Virus record (IMG/VR): IMGVR_UViG_3300048060_000061
Coordinates: 1-64,000 of that record
DNA length: 64,000 bases
Strand: one strand, 5' to 3'
Source of the DNA: a virus
Taxonomy: Duplodnaviria; Caudoviricetes
A program made the position numbers and the translations under genes. The notes beneath the pieces are model-generated. The model was not told the origin of the DNA. It saw only the letters and a program-made list of their open reading frames with translations, and made no database searches. Below, in pieces: positions 51,025 to 58,659 of this stretch (position 1 is its first letter; each line of letters starts with the position of its first letter).

Positions 51025-51408
51025 ATGGCTAGTGGGGGGACGTATCGAATTGAATCAACGGCAATAAATAAGGAATTTTCAGCGCCGCCTACGACATCCT
51101 GGGACGAACAGCCAATTGGAGCAGGCTTAAACGGAATCTCGGTAAATTCAGGCTATAAATTACACGAATGGAGTTTTGAAAATATGCTTGGATCAGACTA
51201 TGAAGATCTTGCGTCATTGTTTGACAGCCAGCAATCTAACAATAGTCAATTATCGACATTGGAGACCGATCCGTATGAGGCCGATAAAAGCTGTGATAAG
51301 TATGGTACGAAAGAATATTCCGATTTTGTGATTTTGAATATTGCGCCTCGAACCAGGGGACTGCCATTATATCAAAGCGTAACTGTTCAGTTCGAAATTT
51401 TTGCATAA
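51025..51408 (+). CDS. Putative distal tail protein
   Basis: Small beta protein directly after tape measure. Confidence 0.5.
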   Translation: MASGGTYRIESTAINKEFSAPPTTSWDEQPIGAGLNGISVNSGYKLHEWSFENMLGSDYEDLASLFDSQQSNNSQLSTLETDPYEADKSCDKYGTKEYSDFVILNIAPRTRGLPLYQSVTVQFEIFA

Positions 51409-51522
51409 AAAAAAGAGCGGGCTTTTTTTCTCACTCTTATCCTTGTCTTACCCAACCTAGCTAAAACTCACCGTATCGGACCTAAATTGTAAATATGCTT
51501 CACGATTCATTGCCATAACTTG

Positions 51523-51714
51523 TTAACCTCTTTGCCTTTCTAGGATTTGATAACGCCGTTCGCGAATACTGCTGGTAATTGCCGTATGGCAGATTTCACA
51601 TAACGTTACAAGATCATTATTAACATTTTCTTTGGGTATTCTTCCGTAAGCTGATGGCTTATGATGTATTTGCAAGCCATCTTTACTACCACATGTCTTG
51701 CATTCGTATCGGTC
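51523..51714 (-). pseudogene. HNH endonuclease remnant
   Basis: Frame reads DRYECKTCGSKDGLQIHH...DLVTLCEICH; upstream in-frame stop and no ATG. Confidence 0.65.
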
Positions 51715-52455
51715 TATCTGCCCACCATCCGAACTTTTTGACTTGTTTGAGCCATTGTTTCTTGGTCATTACCAAACCATATGTAACCAATTCATACCGA
51801 ATGTCGGCCCTGATCGGCTGTGGTATAGTACCTAAGACAAATTATTTTTTTCATCATTTCAGTTTTCCTTTGGCGTCTTCTCAGGCTTCTATGAATAATG
51901 TATTAATTTCTTTGATTCTATCAAGATAGTTTTTGGTCATAGAAATACCATGCTCATCCTCTCCAAGACCATTTTCAACTAAATCTGAAGCGAACGATTG
52001 AATAGCTACCCGGACGGTCATAGCTTGACCAGTCGTTAATAATGTTCCGTTTACTATGATTTTTGGTTCATCAATTGAAAAAGTAGGCTTATTCATTTTA
52101 TTACCTTTGTTGTTTTCTGGTCAGTATGCCGTCTTATTTTGTTTACACACACCATCCGCAATGCCCAAAACTCAGTTTTACTTCTAGCATCCTGACTATC
52201 TTTTCGTATTCTTCTTCAGATATATTGTATTTTTCTAAAATGAACTGAGTAGATGGCTTGCCTTCGAAAATCATATTACCACACCCGTACATCCCGGGAT
52301 TGTTATCATGTTGATTTCCAAATTCCCTGCTATCGCCTTTCACTTGATTTATGATAAATTTAGATGTGCTACATAATGTATCGGGTACTTCTAATTCTAC
52401 TTTCATTTTCTAAGTCCTTTCATTTTCTAAGTCAGTCAATCCTTAACTCCCCTTT

Positions 52456-52485
52456 ACTATACCACGAAGTATATGGTTCTGTCAA
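52456..52485 (-). promoter_or_regulatory. Conserved promoter motif, copy 2
   Basis: TTGACA-GAACCATATACTTCGTGG-TATAGT. Confidence 0.75.
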
Positions 52486-52548
52486 CCCCCAATCTAATAT
52501 GTGCTGCGCAAGCACTTACGAGTTTCCATTACCGATACCATACAAAAA

Positions 52549-52621
52549 TACCCCCGGCAGGACTCGAACCTGCATCTTCTGGGCCTAAACCAGATGCCTC
52601 TACCAATTGCGCTACGGGGGC
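52549..52621 (-). tRNA. tRNA-Leu (TAG) with short variable loop
   Basis: GCCCCCG/CGGGGGT, TCTGG-TTTAGGC-CCAGA, V loop AGAT, GCAGG-TTCGAGT-CCTGC. Confidence 0.85.
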
Positions 52622-52627
52622 ATAAAG

Positions 52628-52711
52628 CGGAAGGGGCGGGACTCGAACCCGCAGACGTTTTACCGCTTACCTCATTAGCAGTGAGGCTCCTTACCATTCG
52701 GACACCCTTCC
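52628..52711 (-). tRNA. tRNA-Ser (GCT)
   Basis: GGAAGGG/CCCTTCC, CCTCA-CTGCTAA-TGAGG, long V arm, G73. Confidence 0.9.
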
Positions 52712-52718
52712 AAAATAG

Positions 52719-52806
52719 CGGATGGAGTGGGACTTGAACCCACACGGCTTTTACACCCAACTGTTTTCAAGACAGTGGCCCGTAGACCCACTTGGCTTAT
52801 CCATCC
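52719..52806 (-). tRNA. tRNA-Ser (TGA)
   Basis: GGATGGA/TCCATCC, ACTGT-CTTGAAA-ACAGT, long V arm, G73. Confidence 0.9.
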
Positions 52807-52809
52807 AAA

Positions 52810-52894
52810 AGGGGAATGATGGAATTGAACCATCTGCTAACCACCTGTCATATTTAAGCAAGTGTTTTACAGACACCCGACAGGAACATTCCCC
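52810..52894 (-). tRNA. tRNA-Tyr(GTA)-like RNA lacking a canonical D arm
   Basis: GGGGAAT/ATTCCCC acceptor, GGGTGT-CTGTAAA-ACACTT, GATGG-TTCAATT-CCATC; only 9 nt between acceptor and anticodon stems. Confidence 0.7.
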
Positions 52895-52898
52895 ATAA

Positions 52899-52973
52899 TG
52901 GCCCCTCCCGGATTCGAACCGGGACTGTCTGCATTTTAAGTGCAGTGCCTCATACCAATTGCGCTAAGGGGCC
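52899..52973 (-). tRNA. tRNA-Leu (TAA) with short variable loop
   Basis: GGCCCCT/AGGGGCC, CTGCA-CTTAAAA-TGCAG, V loop ACAGT, CCCGG-TTCGAAT-CCGGG. Confidence 0.85.
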
Positions 52974-53106
52974 AAATTATCTTACCTGAAAGTCTACTTA
53001 AATCGTCTCAACTTCAAACCTACCGTTTCTATTTTCATTTACTTCCCTTTTATCACTAGCCATCATTTGCGATTAAAGTGTACGGTATAGGTATACCAGT
53101 TTTCCA

Positions 53107-53143
53107 TCGAACCGGGACTGTCTGCATTTTAAGTGCAGTGCCT
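53107..53143 (-). repeat. Exact 37-nt copy of tRNA-Leu(TAA) segment 52914-52950
   Basis: TCGAACCGGGACTGTCTGCATTTTAAGTGCAGTGCCT occurs at both positions. Confidence 0.95.
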
Positions 53144-53152
53144 GTTCTTTTT

Positions 53153-53426
53153 ACTTACTCACAAACGCCCGTGGGGAAACCATGCAACACCGGGCCTGAT
53201 TTCGGTTTAAAATCACTGATCCTCCAAACGCCCGTGGGGAAACCGACCTCCACAACCCACGATAACCGTTGAACCCACTGATCCTCCAAACGCCCGTGGG
53301 GAAACCGAATTGATCCTTATCAAAACAAACATCCCTGATCCTCCAAACGCCCGTGGGGAAACCTGTGAAGTGGGTTCGCGCATGTTCAACCGCGAACCTG
53401 ATCCTCCAAACGCCCGTGGGGAAACC
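53153..53426 (-). CRISPR. Mini-array 4 (5 repeats, 4 spacers) downstream of the C2c9/Cas12n-like gene
   Basis: 29-nt GGTTTCCCCACGGGCGTTTGGAGGATCAG at 53398, 53335, 53278, 53216 and degenerate 53153; spacers 34, 28, 33, 34 nt. Confidence 0.95.
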
Positions 53427-53526
53427 CCTGAAAAGAGCAAATAAAAAGGTAATTCGCTCACTGTTAATATCAGCCGAATAATCTTGGCTGCACGTAACTA
53501 GTGTCTTGGTTGAGCAGTCCCAACCG
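53427..53526 (-). ncRNA. Predicted omega/tracr-like RNA overlapping the 3' end of the nuclease gene
   Basis: Hairpin GGTTGGG-ACTG-CTCAACC, stems CACT.GTTA/TAAC.AGTG and CAGCC/GGCTG, then CCTTT..TGCTC complementary to repeat GGGCG..GGAGG. Confidence 0.55.
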
Positions 53527-54849
53527 TGCAGACTTTTCCTCTAGCCTGCGTTCAAATTGCCCGGTTCGTGCTAATAAAATTACCTTAACATCTTTATAAG
53601 GCGTAAATAACCGTATCTCAGGATCATTCAGCCTGGCCAAGATATTCCGAGCAGCATTTGTATCCGCTTGCAATACCTTCCCGTCGAAACAGTAAAACCT
53701 ATCCCCATTACGATGCCCCAATAGGATACCGTGCCGGGAATCAGTTTGCGAGGTATATGCAGCATTAACTGTTTTAATCGTAGAACCTCTACGATTAGAT
53801 ACCGATTCTATTGCCTCAGCTATAGCACCCTTCGTCCAACCAGCAAGACGGCGGTTTTGATTCTTGCCGTATGACTTGCCATTTATCGGGTTCGTTAAAT
53901 CTTCGGTGACTATAATGTCGGCCTTGTCAACTACTGAATGAGCCGCCTTGAAAATCTTGTCTCTTACATTGGCTGTATGTATACGCTTGCGCTCATCCAG
54001 CTTTTTACGCCCCAAGTTGTTTTTTAGAATATTATCACACTTATGGGGCTTCGCTTCCGCTATTGCCTTTAGCTTGTTTCTACGTTGATACTTGGTTTTA
54101 AGATAGTCTGATTCCTTACTTAACAATTCTCCTAGTCCTTCACCGTGGTGTTTCCCATCTGAATCTACAAAGACCTCAGTATAACCTTTATCAATTCCTA
54201 TAGTCCCATCACCACTGGGTCGAGTAACGCAAACCTTTTCCTCATCAATAGCATAATGTACTTCAATACGTCCATTACGTAGGATCAACCGAAGTGTTCC
54301 CGATGGAGTATTGTTGCTATTCAAAGGGATAGCTATGCGCTTCCCAGATTCCAAGCTCATTACCTTAAGCCAAATCTTACCACCCTTTTCAAAAGTCGTA
54401 TAGCATTGGGAATCCAGTACAATCTGATTATCAACCTTGGTTTTACCGTGCTTAAAATATTTACGCATCATACGACGCAAATAACTATCTTTCAACCAAT
54501 TGTCATATTTAAGCAGAGTATAAAGGCGTTTACGCTCGTCATTATCATCAGTCCTTTGGCGTATTGCCTTTCGCACTTTGACTTTGGCAGCTTCACGGTA
54601 AGTAACTATATCTGCGAAAGTATCTCTTAAGGTTTCATTCCGAAGACGGGCGGCAATATTAAAGTGCCTACCTTCGGCGGTCCATTGATTTCTTATTTGA
54701 CGGTGTGTTAATTCTACACCTTGGACTGAACCAAAGCGTTGCCAGACTTCAGCCCGTAGTTTGCCCAATCGACTAGCCATTTCAGTTAATTGAGCTAACT
54801 TTCCTTCATTAAGATTTTGGCTGTAGATAATCCGAGTAACTTTACTCAT
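53470..54849 (-). CDS. cas12n: C2c9/Cas12n (type V-U4)-like TnpB-lineage RNA-guided nuclease
   Basis: N-terminus KVTRIIYS..LNEGK...EVWQRFGS as I recall for the C2c9 clade; RuvC GIDKGY, TEDL, ADTNAARN; degenerate Zn finger; adjacent array. Confidence 0.7.
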   Translation of the reverse strand: MSKVTRIIYSQNLNEGKLAQLTEMASRLGKLRAEVWQRFGSVQGVELTHRQIRNQWTAEGRHFNIAARLRNETLRDTFADIVTYREAAKVKVRKAIRQRTDDNDERKRLYTLLKYDNWLKDSYLRRMMRKYFKHGKTKVDNQIVLDSQCYTTFEKGGKIWLKVMSLESGKRIAIPLNSNNTPSGTLRLILRNGRIEVHYAIDEEKVCVTRPSGDGTIGIDKGYTEVFVDSDGKHHGEGLGELLSKESDYLKTKYQRRNKLKAIAEAKPHKCDNILKNNLGRKKLDERKRIHTANVRDKIFKAAHSVVDKADIIVTEDLTNPINGKSYGKNQNRRLAGWTKGAIAEAIESVSNRRGSTIKTVNAAYTSQTDSRHGILLGHRNGDRFYCFDGKVLQADTNAARNILARLNDPEIRLFTPYKDVKVILLARTGQFERRLEEKSARLGLLNQDTSYVQPRLFG

Positions 54850-54856
54850 CAGATAC

Positions 54857-55048
54857 TTATACTACCTTGTCTTTCTTTTTTACCGTAGGTGGATTGACCT
54901 GAATATCACCGCTAATTCCCAACAGAATCAGAGCTTCAACATATGATTGCCAGCGAATAAAGCCAGATTTTTTAGCAATATCTATAAGTTTTTCTTTGAA
55001 ATCTTTTTCAATCCACATTTGGAGGTTGATTTGATTTTCACGGGTCAT
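54857..55048 (-). CDS. Ribbon-helix-helix-like regulator
   Basis: INLQMWIEKDFKEKLIDIAKKSGFIRWQSYVEALI; GAGGAG RBS; promoter TTGACA-17-TATATT at 55100-55072. Confidence 0.6.
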   Translation of the reverse strand: MTRENQINLQMWIEKDFKEKLIDIAKKSGFIRWQSYVEALILLGISGDIQVNPPTVKKKDKVV

Positions 55049-55133
55049 ATTTTTGCTCCTCAATCATATTCAATATACACCTCCTATACAGAATTGTCAA
55101 CTCTGGAATAGATATACTATAATTAAGCAAGAA

Positions 55134-55243
55134 TTGATAACTCTTGCTTAATTAGTTATAATGTAGACAAGCAAATATAGCCCGGCGCAAGCCTCGCACA
55201 CATCAGGTCCGGAAACTCACCTTCACGGTGAGTTTTTGTTTTT
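55134..55243 (+). promoter_or_regulatory. Structural-operon promoter/leader/terminator, copy C
   Basis: TTGATA-17-TATAAT with a different spacer but the same leader (AGCCCGGCGCAAGCCTCGC..CATCAGGTCCGG) and terminator. Confidence 0.75.
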
Positions 55244-55720
55244 ATGGCAACCGCTCCACTACCACAGGCAATAATAGATAGGATTACAGCGAGAAATCAG
55301 AGCGTCAGGTGGGCCGCAGTCTTACGCGAAGTAAGAGAATTTCGTGCCTACTGCTGCAATATTGATAGCGACGACATTATGAACGTCTCAAAAGAGCCGG
55401 TCGTCATTTTAACTCTGAGTCCAAATCCAATCTGCTTGGGTAGCGCAATGGCCTGGGATTTCACAGGCTCCTATGCTCCCGGCAGTACGGTAACTGGACG
55501 CGATATAAATTTTGGCGATACCAATACAGACAGCGGCGTATCTGGCAATCACACTTATGCAAGTGCAGGAACTTTCACAGTGACCGCTACGGTTACTGAG
55601 GGCGGAGGGACAACGCAAACAGTAACCGAAGAAGTAAATGTTATTGACTGTAGTGATTCACTTTTATTAAATAATATCTATGCCTCGACCGATGGGTCAG
55701 GTGTTTTTTATTGGGAGTGA
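55244..55720 (+). CDS. PKD (Ig-like) domain tail protein
   Basis: INFGD...HTYASAGTFTVTATV. Confidence 0.75.
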   Translation: MATAPLPQAIIDRITARNQSVRWAAVLREVREFRAYCCNIDSDDIMNVSKEPVVILTLSPNPICLGSAMAWDFTGSYAPGSTVTGRDINFGDTNTDSGVSGNHTYASAGTFTVTATVTEGGGTTQTVTEEVNVIDCSDSLLLNNIYASTDGSGVFYWE

Positions 55721-55904
55721 TCAGTGAACATAGATGTAACCGAAAAAGACAAAACGAAGGCTATTAACCTGAACCTATCCAATCTATCCGATAGGGTTTA
55801 TGTTGACGAAAAAATATGGATAGCCACGACCTATGGTGAGATTAAAATAGGCATAGTAGATGGTCCGATTTACAAATTAGTAGGCAAGAAGTTGGTAGAA
55901 AATA

Positions 55905-56264
55905 ATGACCTGGACTGCACGAAATAACGGTCTAACCGGCACGGCATTAAACGTTAATTACATAGTGCAGCATCCTTCATCCAGACATCGAAATAATACC
56001 AGCCACGAACTTTTAATTACTACAGATGACGGATTATACCATTCGACTAATGGCGGCCGCTCCTGGGCAAAAATTACGTTACCTGATCCGACTGGTGGCG
56101 GCGCAACGGTCGATGAACTAACGTTTCATTGGGTAGATTATGATCCTACAGATAGCAACATTATTTATGCGCTGGGAATAAAAGTGAGTGCAGATCAACA
56201 GTGGCTTTATAAGTCAAGTGACGGTTTAGCAAGCTGGATTAGTAGATTGGTGGCGACGGCATAA
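55905..56264 (+). CDS. BNR/Asp-box tail tip protein
   Basis: STNGGRSW, SSDGLASW. Confidence 0.65.
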   Translation: MTWTARNNGLTGTALNVNYIVQHPSSRHRNNTSHELLITTDDGLYHSTNGGRSWAKITLPDPTGGGATVDELTFHWVDYDPTDSNIIYALGIKVSADQQWLYKSSDGLASWISRLVATA

Positions 56265-57547
56265 TGGCAACACTAGAAAATATTACCCATGAAAGCGGAC
56301 CTCCTGTTTCAGCACATTGGAACACTGTCACTGATCCTGGTGGTAGATTGTCAATTACGAACGCAGCAGCACTAAATGGAACTACGAATGGGTTACAGTG
56401 TGATTTTTCTACAACCAATAATGCTGATGTAATTGAACCATATACACCACCAGGTAGCGACGAGTTACGGTTAAGGTTTTTTTTTGATCCTAATAGTGCT
56501 GGCACACCTACAGTTACGTCCAGGAATTTGATACAAGTAACGCTAAGTGAGGATGGTACTGTATTTGGCGATCTTTTGGGTAGAATTCGCGTAACCAAAA
56601 TTATTACAACAGGCGAATCCAGAACTTTCTTTATACATGGCACTGATGCTAATCCTAGCGGTATTACAAGCGCGACAACTTTTGACATAACTGACGAATC
56701 ACATTGCTTTGAGATAAGGGTTAAACGGGCTTCGTCAGCAGTGGCGAATGATGGAGAGGTGGAATTTTTTGTTGATGAAGTTTCTAAGGTTAATCTTGCT
56801 TCTATTGATAATTTCGACCTGTTTCCGACAATTGATAATATTTGGGTACGGCATAATGTATTAGAAGCTGCAATGGCTGGAACTGATGTATATTCTGATG
56901 AATATCTTCTAACCGATGTCGAAGGAACTGGTTTATGCGTAGCCGTTCCAGCTTTGGGCCTCGCTGCAATGACTAAACCAGCGGATATAGACGCTGCCGG
57001 TGAGTTTGTCTATTTAGCATTATTAGATAGTGGAACCCCAATCCTCACCAAAATTTCAACAGTCCTGGATGCTGACGGCACAACCGTTTTTGATCCCGGT
57101 GCAGGTGATAATATTGGTGTAGAATGTGGGCGTTTTTCATCTGATACCGTTTGGGTAGCTGGCAATTTTGACGGTACAAATGTGGTTGAAAAATCAGAAG
57201 ATGGGGGCAGCAGTTTTACGGTGAAAGACGATGGGACTATTGGCGATGTGCGCTCATTTGTTATGGGACCTGATAGTGATGAAAGGATATTAGTTTTCGA
57301 TGAAACGAATGGCGATATTCTGGAGACCAGAGACGACGGCGCAAGTTGGGATAGTATCAATGCGAGTGTGACTCCAGAAATTAATGCCATCGCCCGGCTT
57401 GGGGAGAATGTACAGGAAAGCGTTTTCGGGAATGATGGGGCGGCGAATGATAGCGTAAATTATAGCGTAAATAGCGGTGACGATTTGGAAGATTTTCAGA
57501 CAGGTGTATATCCGAACGCCAACGCAACACGGGTAATTGTTAACTAA
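56264..57547 (+). CDS. Tail tip protein (beta-sandwich plus Asp-box propeller)
   Basis: SEDGGSSF, TRDDGASW; tail-module position. Confidence 0.6.
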   Translation: MATLENITHESGPPVSAHWNTVTDPGGRLSITNAAALNGTTNGLQCDFSTTNNADVIEPYTPPGSDELRLRFFFDPNSAGTPTVTSRNLIQVTLSEDGTVFGDLLGRIRVTKIITTGESRTFFIHGTDANPSGITSATTFDITDESHCFEIRVKRASSAVANDGEVEFFVDEVSKVNLASIDNFDLFPTIDNIWVRHNVLEAAMAGTDVYSDEYLLTDVEGTGLCVAVPALGLAAMTKPADIDAAGEFVYLALLDSGTPILTKISTVLDADGTTVFDPGAGDNIGVECGRFSSDTVWVAGNFDGTNVVEKSEDGGSSFTVKDDGTIGDVRSFVMGPDSDERILVFDETNGDILETRDDGASWDSINASVTPEINAIARLGENVQESVFGNDGAANDSVNYSVNSGDDLEDFQTGVYPNANATRVIVN

Positions 57548-58659
57548 TGGCAATTGAAAACAGCACAAGTCTAATCGTGCAATCAATTGAAGGCGATGGA
57601 GACCGGGGCGGCTGGCAGGCCACCGCGTCTTTCGCTAATGATCAAGATGAAGCCGCATATGGCCGGCGCACTGATCTTTATTGGACTCCAGAAGGTGATG
57701 GCGTTTGGGCCGATGAGCCAATCCTGGCAATGACCGGCAGTATCTTGCCTCAGTCAGTTAGATTTGACATCAGACAATCAGGGACACCGCTGACGATTGT
57801 TACTACCGACGCCTTTATGACAAGCGCTGGTCTACAAGGAATTTATTTTACTGATGTGGATCCGCCAACAAATCCTCACCAGTATACAGATCTTCGACTT
57901 GGTACTACTGTCAAGCACATAATAGAGCAACATACCAACATTTCATCTACAGCTAATGTTCAAAATACCGATGGAACTGATAGCGGAAATCCTATCGGGG
58001 GGTGGGTTGATACATCCAATATTGATGTGATTTTCACAACCAAAATTGATGTCATCACAGTTCGTCAAGCTAATGCATTATGGCAAGCCATTAAGGATAT
58101 TGGTCGTAATGAATTCTATGTAGCCTATATGTCGAAAGATGATAAATTCAACTATGAACCACATCCAGTATTCAAATCCGTACTTGATCCATTTACGTTG
58201 GCCATAGATGACACCATGATAGTTGGGCAACCTGAGATACAATTCCGTGATCGGGTTGACATGGATCAGGTAGTTTTGGCGGCCCTGACAGATGATGGAG
58301 AGATACTAAGAGCGGAATTTCCAACGGATATTACAGCCCAAGGCCGGCGCAAAAATATTACTAATTTGCGATGTAACGATCAGAACAGACTTGATAACCT
58401 GGCACAACGGGCATTTAGCTTTGAAAGCCGATTATACAATCTCAGGATACAATTGCCCGGCGCGAGTGGATTATATTTTGAATTATTTGATCGTGTTTCT
58501 TTTACCTATTCGGGCACGGCAAGGAACGGTGTTTCTTTATCATTTTCGGCAGAACCATTTTTCATTAACAAGATCAGAGTAAATCGTGTCGGTAATTTTG
58601 GAGCGATAACAGATCTTGAATTAGAACAAGAAAATTTAGTAGGAGCGATCTATGCCTGA
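57547..58659 (+). CDS. Baseplate hub / Tal-like protein
   Basis: LWQAIKDIG and FELFDRVSF...INKIRV hub-like pattern. Confidence 0.55.
   Translation: MAIENSTSLIVQSIEGDGDRGGWQATASFANDQDEAAYGRRTDLYWTPEGDGVWADEPILAMTGSILPQSVRFDIRQSGTPLTIVTTDAFMTSAGLQGIYFTDVDPPTNPHQYTDLRLGTTVKHIIEQHTNISSTANVQNTDGTDSGNPIGGWVDTSNIDVIFTTKIDVITVRQANALWQAIKDIGRNEFYVAYMSKDDKFNYEPHPVFKSVLDPFTLAIDDTMIVGQPEIQFRDRVDMDQVVLAALTDDGEILRAEFPTDITAQGRRKNITNLRCNDQNRLDNLAQRAFSFESRLYNLRIQLPGASGLYFELFDRVSFTYSGTARNGVSLSFSAEPFFINKIRVNRVGNFGAITDLELEQENLVGAIYA

Noticed and set aside
52549-52973. Suppressor tRNAs or stop-codon recoding suggested by TAA/TAG/TGA
   Set aside because: These are anticodons reading TTA, CTA and TCA; ORFs are intact in the standard code
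53182-53215. Spacer translating as DFKPKS, resembling NFKPKT in 46856-47347
   Set aside because: Too short and divergent to claim targeting of a homologue without a database search
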